Positions 37,469 to 52,120 are shown, counted from the stretch's first letter. The stretch is 64,000 nt of DNA from Lama guanicoe (GCA_013239625.1 MU056000.1:9931175-9995174), one strand, 5' to 3'. The notes: generated by a model from the sequence alone, not told the origin. Numbers and translations: made by a program.

Positions 37469-38306
37469 AGAAATGTGTCAATTCTCCTTAATGACCAAAC
37501 ATACTAAAACTTCAGATCTCTCTCAAACCAGTTCCTTATTTGACCCATCGAACCTGGATGCGGCCACTGCTGACTCTGCAGACTGACTCACAGTCAAGTT
37601 ACCATCATCTTCATTATCCCAGTGCTCTTAGATCAAGATAATCAAGGTCCGTCTGGATAGAAAAACTTTTGTTTAAAGTAATTTAAATACAAAATTGAAC
37701 CTTAAGAGACTTAAGCAGTATATAAAGACTTAAGGAAAATTAATATTTGACTTCAATGTAATTTTTTTAAATTAAATGAATCTCGTTTTATGCCACTTGT
37801 CATTCCCAGTATTGAGACCATCACTGTGCGTTCTTCTGAGTTTTGCTCACTGGGGTGAGAATGATGTGGTAAGATCTTGGGGAATCCCTGTTCCTTCTAA
37901 GGTGACCCTACACATCCACCATGTTTGGTAAACATGGGGTAGACCACCTCAAGACTCTAAAATTTCAAAGTCTCATAATTCAGACTCCACGAAACTGGAC
38001 ATTTGTGAATAACAGACAAGGGCAGGGCTCATGTGTCTTTTCATTATTTGTAAAGAAAGGATTTGCTGAGTAAATGAATGGTGTACACAAACTTTATCTG
38101 AGGGGAAGATAAAGCCTTTTGAATCCTTCTGTAAGTAATTTTTAAATATTTGTAAGTGCTCCAGAAAAGTACATATTCATAAATCATTGATACACTCATT
38201 GGAAAGCATTCTTATAGAGCCATCAAATCTGATTCCCTCAGGATTCCTGCTAGGCAATACTTCGCTCTCCTGGCCTAATTGCTGTGTACTTAAAAGTAAT
38301 AAACAT

Positions 38307-38800
38307 TGTACTGATGGCCCTCAGGTTAGGCTGCCCCAAAGTGGCATATCGATTATTTTGAATTAAAGTTACTTGAAAAACAGCTGGTGCAAGAAGGACA
38401 CGCTGACCCTCATTTCTGTCCTCCTGGAAGCAGGAAGTGAATTTCCCACGTGAAAGGTACCCTCCCAGCACCAGGAAGCAGGGAGACGTCCTTATCACCA
38501 GAGATGGGCAATTCAGGGCCGAGAAGGCTGTGTAAACAAATTCTTCTTAATTTCTTCCCTAAAAAATACCCAAACCTGAGTTTCTTTGTCTTGACAGCAC
38601 TTCACAAATTTATTGTTTCTTTGTTTAAAAAGTACAAAAGCTGCCTGCTTTGGTCGTTTCTTTGGGTGCTGAGCTATGAGACCTCCGTACGTAAGTGATT
38701 AACTTTGTTTTTTTTTTCTCTCCTGTTATTCTGTCTTGTGTCAATTTAATTATTGGGCCAGCCAAAAGAACCAAAAGGGGTAGGGAGAAATTTTGTACAA
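38307..38800 (+). mobile_element. ERV LTR (probably solo)
   Basis: Starts with TG; tttaaaaag TATA-like element; 3' end ...ttttctctcctgttattctgtcttgtgtcaatttaatt...gaaccaaaaggggtagggagaaa. Confidence 0.65.
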
Positions 38801-38816
38801 GATCTCTCAAAAGCAA

Positions 38817-39263
38817 CATGGATGCTCCTGGAGAATGTCATTCTAAGTGAAGTAAGCCAGAAAGAGAAAGAAAAATACCATATGAGATCACTCATATGTG
38901 GAATCTAAAACAAAACAAAACAAAACAAAACAAAAACAAACAAAAAAACAAAAAAAACAAAGCATAAATACAGAATAGAAATAGACTCATAGACATAGAA
39001 TACAGACTTGTGGTTGCCAAGGGGGGGGGGGGGGGAGTGGGGGGGTGGGAAGAGATAGACTGGGATTTCAAAATTGTAGAATAGACAGACAAGATTATAC
39101 TGTATAGCACAGGGAAATACATACAAGATCTTATGGTAGCTCACAGAGAAAGGAATGTGACAATGAATATATATATGTTCATGTATAATTGAAAGATTGT
39201 GCTCTACACTGGAATTTGACACAACATTGTAAAATGATTATAAATCAATAAAAAATGAATTAA
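38817..39263 (+). mobile_element. Camelid-type L1 3' end with (CAAAA)n and G-run
   Basis: Same 3' UTR as the 36.7-kb copy; TSD aaaagcaa at 38809-38816 and 39264-39271. Confidence 0.9.
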
Positions 39264-40501
39264 AAAAGCAATTTAAATGAATAAATGTTTCAATAGAAAT
39301 TCTTTAAGTGACAGAACCAGCAAAAAATACAATAAAATACTTCTCTCTTGTGTTATCTCCTACCTTAATTTTAGAGCAGATTTGACAGAGTTAAACTTAA
39401 GCAACCAAGACCTTGTTTAAGCCTCTAGGAGGCTCAAGAACGCCAGTGACAACCTCACTTTAAGCAGCTAAAAGGAGAAACAGGCCAGGCAAACACTAAG
39501 TAATATGCTCAACTCCACTCCATTCTCATCTAACCACATCTTTCCTTGGTAGTGTTCCAAGAAGGTGGCTAAAATATTTTATTTTCTATTTATTTAACCT
39601 TATTTATTTTATTTTTATTCTTTGGTGTCATAAGTACAACTGCCTGTCAGATGAAGCCAATACTGAGGAAGATTCATTGCCAGAGAGTGAACATGCCACG
39701 TTCTTTTTAGCCTTCAGTTTTCCAAAATGTTCACTGACATTCCTCTAAATCATTGCAGAAGTGGTTATGTATATTTTACAACGTGAATCATAAATAGTGA
39801 GAGTCAAAATCCTGGGAAAGTTGTATACCTGGTTCAAGTTAAAGGCAGGATCCTCTATTCTTAGACATGTAATAGACATGCAGTGGTTATATTACTCTTT
39901 CCAAAACTATCATTAAATGGATTTCTGAAGAGTTGTTGCTTCTGGGAAGAGTGTCCACCAGTAGCAAGTTCATTAATACCAAAGGGCTCGTGTCCTTTAA
40001 ACTGTGGCAATACTTATTTCCCGAATTCCATGGGCCGAAGTTACTAGAAAGTGTATCCTGGGTTCTCAAATTACTACAACATTGTTGCTGTCTGCTTAAA
40101 AGGCTGTGCCACGAGAGGGAATGTAATGAGGAGGGTTAATGTTCCAGCTACTTTGAGTGTGCATATTTTAACAAGATGTGATTTAAAATTCTGAGAAGCA
40201 CAGATGGTTGATCAAGTGCAAGAATTGTGATGGATGGAGGATCACATATGAATGCTGAGCCCAATTACAAACATCAAATACCACTTGGATTAGCATTCGC
40301 TGTAATGTTTTGGGTATGCTGCAACAAGAAGTTAATGGCTGATGACACTACAATTCAACAATACATTAATCTATTTTGTGAAAGACTCATCCTCTCCACT
40401 TTCCTTCCTTCTTTTGACAGAGTTTAATAGTAAAGGGTGTGAGAAGTTGAGTAGCATTTCCCACTCATTCTAGAGGAACTTTTCAAGACCCTCGGTACCA
40501 T

Positions 40502-41260
40502 TGTGGTTTAGAATAAGAAATATATATGTGTTCTTCATTCCTAAAACTCTCCATATTTCCTGTGATGAAAGAGATAAAGCTGTCTTTTGTTATGTTAATG
40601 GTATGACTTTTGGAAAAGACCTAGGGTGGAGACTGGTTGCCAGGAGAACTAATCAGGTGATTAGAGGGTTGGAACTTCCAGTCCCACCGCCCTGACCTCC
40701 AGGGAGGGGAAAGGGCTAGAAGTTGAGTTCAATAGCCAATGGCCAACGATTTAATCAACCATGCCTAAGAACCAAAAGCCTCCCTAAAAATCCCAAGAAG
40801 ACAGGGTTCAGAGAGCTTCTGGTTGGTGAACACATGGAGATGCCAGGAGAGTGGTGTGCCCAGAAAGAGTATGGAAACTCCTCAGCCCTCCCCTATACCT
40901 TGCCCCACCCATCTCTTCCATCTGGCTGTTTCTGAGTTATAGCCTTTTATAATAAGCTGGTGATCTAGTAAGTAAAATGTTTCTGAGTTCTGTGAGTACT
41001 TCTAGCAAATTAATCGAACTCAAGGAAGGGGGTCAATGGGACCTCCAGTCTATAGCTGGTGGTCAACCTTGACTTTCAATTGGCATCTGAGGTGAGGGTA
41101 GGTGGTAATCTGGTGGGACTGAGCCCTTAACCTGTGGGATCTGTGGCTATTTCCAGGTAAAGAGTGCCAGAATTGAGTTGAATTATAGGACACTAGCTGG
41201 TGTCAGAGAATTGCTTGTTGTCGGGGCAAAACCCAAACGTGGGAATTAGAGTCAGAATCA
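40502..41260 (+). mobile_element. MER21-like LTR
   Basis: tgattagagggttggaacttccagtcccacc...ctagctggtgtcagagaattgcttg. Confidence 0.7.
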
Positions 41261-42589
41261 GTAGTCCCTTTCACATTCAGTTCTGGTAATATGGTAATTA
41301 GTCAGCTATTAAAGACTTAGCCATCTCCTGCAGTTGGATCGCCCAGTTACCGTCTCTACTTTTTGGACATTCTGCCTCCTTTCCACAGCTTGTCTGTTGC
41401 ACTCCCTGCCTATAGTTACAGTTGTAGGTTTGGCCCTTTCCAGACCTTCGCATCACTAGGAGGGAGACTACAAGGAGCCCCAGACCAAAACTTAGCCTCA
41501 GGGCTGCTTGGGTTTGACTCTTATTCTAGACACTGGGCTTTTCCGACTCTCCACTGAGTGCCTCTTCTGGTTTTGTGCAGTCTCTGCCCCAACAAGACAA
41601 GGATCGTCCTTGGCTCCTTCAGGTACTCCAGGACCTGGACCCTTATACATCGACATGGGAGAGACTTGGGACTACACACCAGTTTACGTGTATGTGTGTG
41701 AGCCTGTAAATATATGTAAAAATAATTTACTGCTGAAAGTCTTCTATTTCCTGGTTTCTAGGTGATGCCTCTCAAAAGAAGATATTAATTCTATCTGAAC
41801 ACAATACTGTCTGTGAGTCCCTGGCTTCTCTTTGATATAGTTCAGTATTTTTGAACACTTATTACACAGCAGGAACTGAAATGTGTAGGCAGTGAGATGC
41901 AAGTAAGATAAACATGGCCCCTACTCTCAAAACCCCACCAGTCAACCAATAAATATAATAATACAGTGGAAACTCTTGAATAATAGAATCACAGGTGTGC
42001 AAGGTATAGGCAACAAGGAAAGAAATAGGACAAGAACATTTGTAAATGGTAAGTAGTTCTGAACAGACCTATGTAATTGTAGGTAAAGATGTTTAAATAT
42101 GTCTGTATGTTGGGGAAGGTGTAAATTAGTGTCGATGGGTGAGCGGTACCCAGTGTATAAACTGGATCTATATGTCTGATTTTTCTCTAACTCTGTTTCT
42201 TCCTAAAATGACCTGAAATCACATGGCATTAAATAATTATCACAATGAATGAATAAGCACATATACAAAGGAGTCAATCATTGTATTTTATAAGCACATG
42301 GGATGCTTGTCCTCCCATTATAAGTTCATTTACTGAAGTATCTTCCAACTCTGAGTTCTTTTCCAATGACCCAGGCATGGAGATTTTGGGTTCCAAGTGT
42401 CATCTAAAGGTAAACAGAAAGTACTGTATTTGAATTAAAATAAGGGGAATCATTTCATTCTCTGCCCATCCAGATCCTCCCTGTTCCTCTGGGTGATGTG
42501 CCCATCATCCTTTGTGCCCTGGGCATCACCACAATTTCTGAACTTCTTATTTCTGAACCCTTACTGCCTGGGCTCTCATTTGGCCACTT

Positions 42590-42723
42590 TTTTTTTTTTT
42601 TTTGATGAGGAGAGATAATTAGGTTTATTTATTTACTCTTAGAGGAGGTACTGGGGATTGAATTCAGGACCTCGTGCATGCTAAGCATGCACTCTACCAC
42701 TTAAGCTATACCCTTCCCCACTA
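42590..42723 (-). mobile_element. tRNA-Ala-derived SINE
   Basis: Poly-T and antisense SINE body; TSD catttggccactt at 42577-42589 and 42724-42736. Confidence 0.9.
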
Positions 42724-42864
42724 CATTTGGCCACTTCCTTATCTTCCTTAACAAGCCTGTAAAATCACAGAGAACATGATATTTTGTCCTCATGCTTGGC
42801 GCATTGAAGTCTCTCCAGAAACATGTGTAGGAGTGGGGAAGATAAAGAGACAGAGGGAACACTT

Positions 42865-43705
42865 GAAGAGATGCTCAACATCAGTCACCAGTGAAATGCA
42901 ACTCAAAACCACAATGAGGTAACACTTCACACTAGAATGGCTAAAATTAAAAAGACAGACAATAACAAGTGTTGATAACGATGTGGAGGTATTGGAAACC
43001 TCCCCTATTGCTGGTGAGTCAAATGGCAAATGACAAATGGCAAATGGCACAGCCACTTTGGCAAACAGTCTGATAGTTCCTAAAAATGCTAAACACAGAC
43101 TTACCGCATAACCCAGTTATTTCATCCTAAGTGCAGACCCAAGAGACTGAAAATTAAAACTTGGACATAAATGTTCATAGCAGCATTATTCATAATAGCC
43201 AAATGGAACTAACCTAGATCACTGAATAACATTTTATTATCTGGGAATACCACATTATCTATCCAACTGATGAATGAATAAACAAAATGTATTATATCCA
43301 CACAACAGAAGATTATATGATAATAAAAAGGAATGAACTATTAGTACATGCTAGAACATAGGTGAATCCTAAAATTATAATGCTAAGTGCAAGAAGCCGG
43401 TCACAGAAGACCACATATTGTATAATTCCATTCCCGTGAAGTGCCCAGGATAGGCAAATCCACACCACAGAGACAGGAAGTAGATTAGTGGTTACCTAGG
43501 GTTGAGGAGAAGGGTGGGGGAATGATGAATGACTCTAATGAAAAGAGGTTTCTTTTTGATGTGTTGAAAATATTCTAAAATTGGATTGTGGTGATGGAGG
43601 CACAATTCCATGAATATACTAAAAATCGCTGAACTGTGTACTTTCAATGGGTGAATTTCGTATTATGTGTAATATAAATATCAATAAAGCTATAAAAAGA
43701 GAAAA
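42865..43705 (+). mobile_element. Old L1M (L1MB/MC-like) 3' region
   Basis: gatgctcaacatca...ggcacagccactttgg...atcaataaagc. Confidence 0.85.
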
Positions 43706-46700
43706 GGAAATGCTTCGTGAGACTTAACGTCAAATTAGTTAGATACATTCTTGAATGTAAATACTCACGTTGTGAATGACACTCCCCCAACAGAAGTCAG
43801 CCTCATAAGAGCAGCATTTTTCCGAAGGCGACAAATTTCCTTGTTTCACTCACTCTGGGGAATTAAAGTCTTGAATTTAATAGATACAAAGAAGTCACTA
43901 AGTTCAGAAAATCATCCATAACAACACGTGTGGATTTCGTGAGAGTAACTGAATTCAGTCCATGGAGTGAAAACTAAATATAGTTGACAATAGACTTGAC
44001 TTAAGCATAATTATACACCCAAATGACAATGATACAGCGCAGGAGGAAGTGAACTTCAAGTTAGTAATTTCTGGCTTCCGCATTAGGAACAACGTGAGGG
44101 CTGGTTCTGGAGCGTGTTTCTGCGCATCCCGTGGTGCTCTTGCCTCAATCTGGTCGGTTGTCAGATGTCACTTTCTGGTTGCAGAACCTCTGTTATTTGC
44201 AGAAATTAGACTCTGCTCAAACTTTACTTATCCTCTAGGACCTAATCAGTGGCATGCCTAAGCCATGAAGTCCAGAAGGGTCTACTGATAATTTCTTCCT
44301 GCCCCTAAGTGGCTTCTGTGTCTCTGTGTGCACATGCTGGTCGCAGAACTTCCTTCTCTCCTTTTAGGTCCTGCATTCCACCCCGTGCTGAAGCCTGTAA
44401 GATCCTTCTGCCTTGGGCAGGACGAGTGATTTAACTCAGCTTGCCTTGGAATCTGCAACTGGGGTCTCCTTTCAGATGTCCCTGGAAAGGCACTAACACC
44501 TCAGATGTTAACCTCGGATGATAATTGCTTAGGTTGCCCTCCAGTGCTTGGGACAAAGGGGACAACTGGGTTGCTGTATGGGCATCCTTTTTCTCCTTCC
44601 TCCCACTCTCTGTTTCTCCCTGATGCCATTCTTTCAGGGCGCTTGATTCTCCAGAGCCACCATGTTTGCCCCAGGAATTCACACCTTGAATTTTGCCTTA
44701 AGCTTTTGGAATGAAAGCAGAGAACTGAACACAGTCTTATTAGTCAGAAGGAAAGGGAAGGAGAATGGAAATCAGAGGACCTTTCAGGACCGTAACAATT
44801 AACATCCCCAGAGCAAAAGCAGATTCAAGACTTGGGGTCAAGACAACCTACTCTGCTCTGCAACTGCCTAAATGCTGATGGCAAAAAATTTCAGCTGAGC
44901 TGAGTGGTTCCACTATAAATCTATGTTTTCCATCTCACAGCTGGGTTCTGAATGCATCTTGACAATGATTTTCCTAATCACCACATGATTTCCTTTCCAT
45001 CCCTCTCTGCAGCTGTTACAAGCCTTCACCATTCTCCCAGTTCCCCACCGCCACCCCTACCCTCTTCCTTCCCTCTCAGTGGATTTCACCTTCAGCAAAA
45101 AGGAGACACCATGGGCTGTGACCTTCGTCAGCATCCCTTCCTTTGGCTCAGAGTCCCTTTCTGTACTAAGAGTTGGGTCACCCTTGTTCCTTCTGGTCTC
45201 TCTCGGGGAAGAGTCCTGAATACCACCAAAATCAGCCCTCCATCCGTTGTAGGAAAAACGGGTTAATGCAGAGAGATGGGGATTTGAGTCCTGACACCAC
45301 CTTTACCAGCTTTGCAGCTGTGGGCAGGTATTAACCTCTCTGTGCTTCAGATCTATCCTCTATAGAACGGGATTAATATATAGCAATTGCAAGGACTTAA
45401 TTGACTTTAATTCATCTTGGTAAAGAATTTAAAACTATGCCTGGCACATAAGAAACCTTATTATCATTGTGTAATAATATGAATGTGTATTGTATTATGT
45501 ATATTAATTAATGTGTAATAATTACTGTGTGTTAATATTATTTGTGAATCTTCAAAGGGGGAATGAATATCAGTTAGCTGCTGCCCGGTTTCTGATGCCC
45601 AGGAGCACTTAGGAAAGTTCATCAGGACAGTGTTCAACGGCACACCTGCATTGAAATTAACGTCTAGTTTCTCACTTGCCCTTCACCGCCAACTCCATCC
45701 AAAGTGATCTACAGTACAACCCCTTCCTCCCACCTGTGTTTCTCTCTACCCCTATAATCTGTGCCCCCCCCCCCCCCCCCCCCCACAAACCCACAGAGCA
45801 TGTCTTGGTTCTTTTCCTACTTTACCACGACAGACTTGGCCACACTCATCATCGCGTCCTTAAACTCCCTTCTACCTTGACCCATGGGCCATCATTCTCC
45901 TCCCTCTCCACCTCTGTCAGCAAGCTGTCCCTTCACTGGCTTTGCTATTTCACCCACCCCCCAAAATGTAGCTGCTGCTCTATACCTGGTCACCTTCCTT
46001 CACTCTTCTCTACCCTCCTTCATGGGTCTGGTGACCTTCCAGAACAGTGCTTCTGGGAGAGTCTGGTCTTCATCTGCTGTTCCCCTTTCTCTCTCAAAAG
46101 TGTCTCAAGTTTGGACCACAAGGTATGTAGTCACTCTGTCTATGAGGGGTCCCATCCTCTTTGCAGCTCCATCCCTAGCATCATCTCTGGGCCACAGTGA
46201 TGGTGACCAAGGGGATAGACAACAATCCACATCAGCCCCCCCTCCCTTCACAGGTGACTGACCTTTTCTTCGTCTTATGTAAGAAGCTTCACACGGTAGT
46301 CCCCTTGCTTGTTTCCAGTTTGCTGCCCCTCCTTTATAGATATACTGGGACTGCCACTGAATGCAGGTGTCTCCCAAAATGACTCCCTGTCCATCCATCC
46401 ATCCCCTACCTTACCTTTAAGCCTCAGACCCAGCATTTCTAAGACCCTGATGGACAATGCTGATCACTAGTTCCCAGACACCCAAAACTCAATAAGGACA
46501 AAACTGAAGTCCCTATCATCTCTCTAAATTGATCCTCCCCTAGCTCCTGTACCTACCCAACTCATGCCACAATCGAGGGGAGGTGGCCACCCCCACAGCC
46601 CTGCTGATGAGGTAACAGGGATCATCTGGACCACAGAACCCCATGTGCCCCTCCACAACTGACCAGACCCAGGAGGTGGCTACCAAATCTAAAGGGAGCC

Positions 46701-47004
46701 AACCCATAAGCATTCTGTGTGGCCTTAGCCCTGGCTTGCCAAAGTCTTCTTTCAGGAACATGGAATTGGGATCCTGAAAGACTGACTTATTTACCCACAT
46801 GAAGAAACATCAGAGAGAGTGGCTCAGTCAAGGAAATAAGATGGATTGAAAGAAGGATGGAGGGACGCACAGAGCAGTAGCTACGTGATGTTGAGCAGCT
46901 CTTGGTGGTAACACATCAGTATTCAATGTCAAGCTCTTTCAGCTTTGTTGTATGTTTAAAACTGTCTATCATAAAGTGCTGGGGGAGGGGGGAAGGCCTC
47001 GGAA

Positions 47005-47560
47005 GGTGTCATTCCTTAAATAATGAATTTAATAAATTCTTCTTGAATATTCACTCTGCTAAGTACGAAGGAGCCAATGAGAACGGGAAACACGTTGCCT
47101 GCCCTCATGGAGTTTACAGTCTAGAGGGGGAGGCAGAATCCCATGTTAATCACACAAGTACATAATTCTGAACCAAAACAGGGGCTGTGAAGAACAAGGA
47201 AGGGTGTAGTGAAGATTAGAACAGGGGGACCTGATTTAATAGCAGGGACACTCCCTTGAGAAAGTGACATTGATGCTGGCACCTAGAGCATCAGCAGGGT
47301 TAGCACATGAGCAGTGAGAGCAGGAATCTGTCCAGGCAGAACCATGAGTATGGCTCTTTTTAGGAATGGAGACAGGCCCTGTGTGCTTAGAGGGCGCAGA
47401 ACGGGGGGAAGTCCGCAGGGACCACGGCATACAGGGGCCACATCGTGCAGGCACTGGGAGGGAGAGATGTGGTCCCTGGGAGTGGAAGAGAAATGACAAG
47501 TTGAAGTCACTTACATCCAGAGTTTGAGGGAGCAGAAAGGATGTACAAGCAGAAAGGGCT
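47005..47560 (-). mobile_element. L2 fragment
   Basis: ctgccctcatggagtttacagtctagagggggaggcaga is a typical antisense L2 3' region. Confidence 0.65.
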
Positions 47561-47849
47561 GATGAGGACAGCAGAGGCGGGATAATGCAGCAGATGTGAA
47601 GGGATATAGAAGCCATTTGTTACAGTTCATAATCAGGGTGGGGCAGGCCATGAGCAGCCAGTACCTGGGGTAGCCAGGGTTCCCGCTCCAGCGCTCATCT
47701 GAGAAGACCCTAAGAAGTAAACTCTCTTCTGCTGGTGCCAAACTACAGCACGACATTACCAAGCATTCAGGCCCCCACGACCGAGCCTCTCCCGCATCTC
47801 CTCACCTCCTCTCTCAACGCCGCATCCTGGGACCAAGCCCTGTTAGCCT

Positions 47850-49405
47850 GCATCCTTGAATCTGTGTTTTTGTTTTCCTTATCATTTCCACCAGTGCCAT
47901 CTCTACTTCTGTGTGCACCATTAATTCCTAGCCCAGTCGGGCTTCTGCCCTTTAACTTTACTGAACGAGTCTTTGCCTACCACCTCTTCATTGCTAAAAC
48001 CTGTGGCTTCTTTTCAGTCCTTTTTCTACTTGTCTCTCAGGAGTTTTTAATTCTGTTGACCACATTCGTCATCTCAAAATGGTTTCTTCCACTTCCAAGC
48101 CTCCTTACTCCTCTACTTTTCCTTCTACCTCTCTGGCTCCCCTCTCAGTCCCTTTGAGGTTTTGTTTCCTCTGCTCGTCCCGTAAATGATTCTATCTCCA
48201 CATCTCCCTATGAGACCCATGACTTCAGTTTCCTTCTTATGTCCTCTAGGCTCTAGAGCAGTATTGCCCAGTACAATTTGACCGTTGTTATGGGTGAATT
48301 ATATTCCCCCAAAAGATATGTTCGGGTTCTAACCCCCAATTCATGAGAATGTGCCCTTATTTGGAAATAGGATCTTTGTACATGTCATTGAGTTAAGATA
48401 AGGTCATACCAAATTAGGATGGGCTCTTAAATCCAATGGCTGGCGTCTCTGTAAGGAGAGATCTGGAGACATGTACTCAGGGAAGAATGAGGTCAGATGA
48501 AGATAGAAGCAGAAATTGGAGTGATGCGTGTACAGCTAAGGGATGCCAAGGACTGCTGGCAACACCAGAAGCTCAGAGAAAAGTGATGGAACAGATTCCC
48601 TCCCAGAGCCTCTAGAGGGAGCATGGCCCGCAACACCATCATTTCAGACTTAAGTACCCTCCAGAACTGTGAGAGAATGAATTTCTGTTGTTTTAAGCCA
48701 CCTGGTTTGTGGTAATTTGTTACGACATCCTTAATACAGCATTGATGGAAAAGTATTTATCTGCCTTGTTCAACATGGTGGCTGCTAGCCATATGTGGCT
48801 ACTGAGCACTTGAAATGTGACTGGTATGACTAAAGAACTGCAATTGTATTTCCTTTTAATTAATTTAAATTTAAATGGCAGCACGTAACTGGCAGCCACC
48901 ATCTTGGACACAGCAGCTCTAGGTCCACATATCAGCCAACTGCAGGGCACTTCCTCGTGGACGTCCCACAAGCAACCCAAACCCACTGAGCGTGCCCACG
49001 ACAAATGTCTTTCCCTCAAACTGCTCCTCCTTCTGTCTCAGAGAAGATGCCTCTTTCACAACCCCAAGCCATGGGCGTCCTCCTGGGCTCCCCTTCTCCC
49101 CTGGCCGCCAGATGAAGCAAGACTTCTGAGTATCTCCACTCCTAGGATCACATGGTCCTTCCCGACCAGGCCCCTCTCGACTCCTCTGGCCACTGTCTCC
49201 TCCAAGGAGTCCTCGCTGGAGCCCCAAAACTAGATTAGGTGCCCCTTTTCTGCTGAACTCCCCTGTTGCAGGAGGGCTAACACAATGGAACTAACCCCCT
49301 TGTATCGTCTGTCTGTCCATTACTGGCTGTTTCTACAGTACTTAGCACTGTGCCTGGCATATGGTGGACACTCAATAAATATTTGATGAATGAATGAATG
49401 AATTA
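47850..49405 (+). mobile_element. L2 interrupted by a MER3-like element (about 48257-48920), itself interrupted by an MLT1 LTR (about 48285-48738)
   Basis: L2 tail ctcaataaatatttgatgaatgaatgaatg; MER3 tagccatatgtggctactgagcacttgaaatgtg; MLT1 tttaagccacctggtttgtggtaatttgtta. Confidence 0.7.
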
Positions 49406-50369
49406 ATTAATTAATTAAAGGAACTAAACAGTACAGGTTGTCAGGGGAAATTGTTAGCATTGTTGCTAATTAGGGATACTAGAAAAAAATAAAAGAGAGA
49501 ATACATTAAAAATTTGCTTTGGTGGCATCCAAGTGATACTGGTTACAGTTATTTATGTGAAATCTTACTTTTTATGCCTAATTACCATGCAGTAAAAGCA
49601 AGGATTATGTGCATCATTAGATGTGTCAGATCAACTTGGTTGGGTTTTATTTCATTATAACAGTGAATTATGCACATAAGCTCAGACCACATAAATAACT
49701 GTGGATGGAGCTGGTTGTCTGTTCCCACCCTTGAAAAAGTTTCTTTCCTCTATTTCCAGTTCCATCGTATCTGCCACATCAGGGGCACCATGAAAATAAG
49801 TGATGGGAAGAGAAGTGAGTGATCACTTGTGACCGTGCAGAATACAAAGCAATTATGAGTTGATTGTGACGCTGATACTGTGGATATGTTATTCATCATT
49901 ATAATGCACTTGACAGCCACAGAGGGTTTCATGAGCGTCGTTTGATTTAATCATCTCATTAACCCTGTGGATAACTCTCAGAGTTTTAGTGATTTGTTCT
50001 AGCGTCCGGAAAATAGCCCATGTTAAGGCAAGTTTGGAAAGAATGGGGCTCAAAGTTACCTACATTTTAAATTACACTTGCCAAGGTTTGTATAAAGCAG
50101 TTTTATACATATCTCATCAATAACACCCCAGTGATTTTGGTATTAGAGTTCTCTTTTTTGCAGACAAGGCAACTGAGGGTCAGAAAGCTTGACTAACTTG
50201 CTCAAGGCCTCAAGAGTGGTAAACGATGATTTTTGAGCGTGGGTTCTTTGGCTCAAGAACCCATGTTTTTTTCCACTCTGCTTAGTTTATGCCTAATGGT
50301 CCGTGTTTAATCTGGAAAGTAGGAATAAAGACATCTTTCTGGGCAAGAGGTGCTGGGCTGTATCTGCAA

Positions 50370-50620
50370 AACAGCCCAAAGAACAAGGCTCAGAATATTA
50401 TCTACAACCCTGGAGGAGGAACTGAAAGTCCTTGACTTTGTTTAATGGCTAAATTATTATTTGGTTTTGCTTGACTTATTTCCCTTGCTTCTGTATTTTC
50501 TCATTTTTCTGATTAAATTTGTTCTTTGGCTAAAGTTTTTCTACAGACAGGAGGCAGGGGGAGGACCTTGCGGGGGGGAGGTCTATCCTAGGAAGGCCTT
50601 ACAGGTCCTGCTCAGTTTTA
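50370..50620 (-). mobile_element. Fragment of the same ERV1 LTR family as the 26.1/27.8-kb copies
   Basis: gtccttgactttgtttaatggctaaa is the reverse complement of tttagccattaaacaaagtcaaggac at about 26282. Confidence 0.75.
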
Positions 50621-50749
50621 AAGGCTTGGAAGAAGCAAGTGGAAAAGGTTTTAAACAGCTGCTGTGAGGGTCACCGAAGGAGCCAATCTAGGTAAAGTAT
50701 GAGAATTTTTAAGCATTCCTGAAAGCCTGGCTGAAAAATATCTCTTATA

Positions 50750-51236
50750 TTATATGGTATATTAAAGATGGCCAAAAATTCTTTGGCCCTCCTCCCATTG
50801 AAGGGGAATCTATTTCCACTTCCCTTGAATCTAATTGGCTTGTGATTGCGTCGGACACTGGAGTGGGAAATCCATGCTGCTTGATTTCCAAGGGTAGGTA
50901 GGCTACAGAAGGCTTGATGTGTGTGCCGTAGTCTGTGGGAGCCCCCTCTGGGGTGCTCTGAGCCGCCATGCTGAAGGACCAAGTGTTGGCACCCCAGTGG
51001 ACAGTCCCAGCTGAGCCCAGCTCTCCAGTCATCCCCCCTGAAGGGCAAGACACATGAATGATGCTGTCCTGGGCCCTCCAGACCAGCCTGTCTACCACCC
51101 AGTAGCCTCAGTGAATGCCACGTGGAGCAGAATAATTGCACAGCTGAGCCCTGCCCGAAGTCCTTGCCCACAAAACTGTTCTAAACCAGCAAGTTTGGGG
51201 ATAGTTTGGTACTCAGCAGAAGATAACTAGGGTATA
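50750..51236 (+). mobile_element. MLT1-type MaLR LTR
   Basis: aagatggccaaaaattcttt...cagctgagccctgccc...aagtttggggatagttt. Confidence 0.7.
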
Positions 51237-51718
51237 CCCCAAGTTCATTTGGTAGTTTCCTTCTCTTCATGGTGCCAAACAAATAAACAGCCAAGGACCA
51301 GGCTAATACACAGTCAAAATGAAACAAACTGGTCTTCCCTAAGGCATTTCACACACACACACACACACACACAAGATCCTGGCGAATGTGGACTTCAGAC
51401 AAAGTCTTTCAATGGATTGATCTGAAATATCACCCATAAAATAATTTTGCCTTTGAAAGGTATCAAGCGCTGATAAAAAAGAAAATGTCTGTGAGAGCAC
51501 AGCTGGGACAGATAAGATATTCTTTTCATCATTTCACCATTTCCATTTTCAGCACCCAACAGCTTTTTGAGTGTTCAACTCTAATTTGAAAAAGAAACAA
51601 GAGAGCACATCTGTTCTCTCCCCTGTCTTGACACACATTTAATCACACCCAGATATGCAAGTTCTCCTCTCACGTTACTCCAGTTCACCTTCTGATGGTG
51701 CTGAGATGACAGTGGCAT

Positions 51719-51781
51719 TTTTTTTAATTGAAGTGTATTTGATTTACAGTGTTGTGATAGTTTCTGGTGTACTGCGCAGAA
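51719..51781 (-). mobile_element. About 60-nt L1 3' tip with TSD
   Basis: TSD agtggcat at 51711-51718 and 51782-51789. Confidence 0.7.
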
Positions 51782-51833
51782 AGTGGCATGTTCTGAAGAT
51801 CCATCACACAGTGTAAGTCAAGAATGCAGAAGA

Positions 51834-52120
51834 CCATCTACAAAACAGACACAGACTTGCAGACTTAGTAAACAATCTTATGGTTACCAGGGAAAGGGGG
51901 TGGGAGGGGATAAATTTGAGAGTTTAAGATTTACAAATGTTAGCCACCACATATAAAAATAGATTTTAACAAATTTCTTCTGTGTAGCACAGAGAACTAT
52001 GTTCAGTATTTTGTAACAACCTTTAAATATAAAGAATATGTGTGTATTTGCATGACTGGGACATTGTGCTGTACACCAGAAACTGACACGTTGTAATTGA
52101 CAGTACATCAATTAAAAAAA
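51834..52120 (+). mobile_element. L1 3' end
   Basis: TSD aatgcagaaga at 51823-51833 and 52121-52131. Confidence 0.88.
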
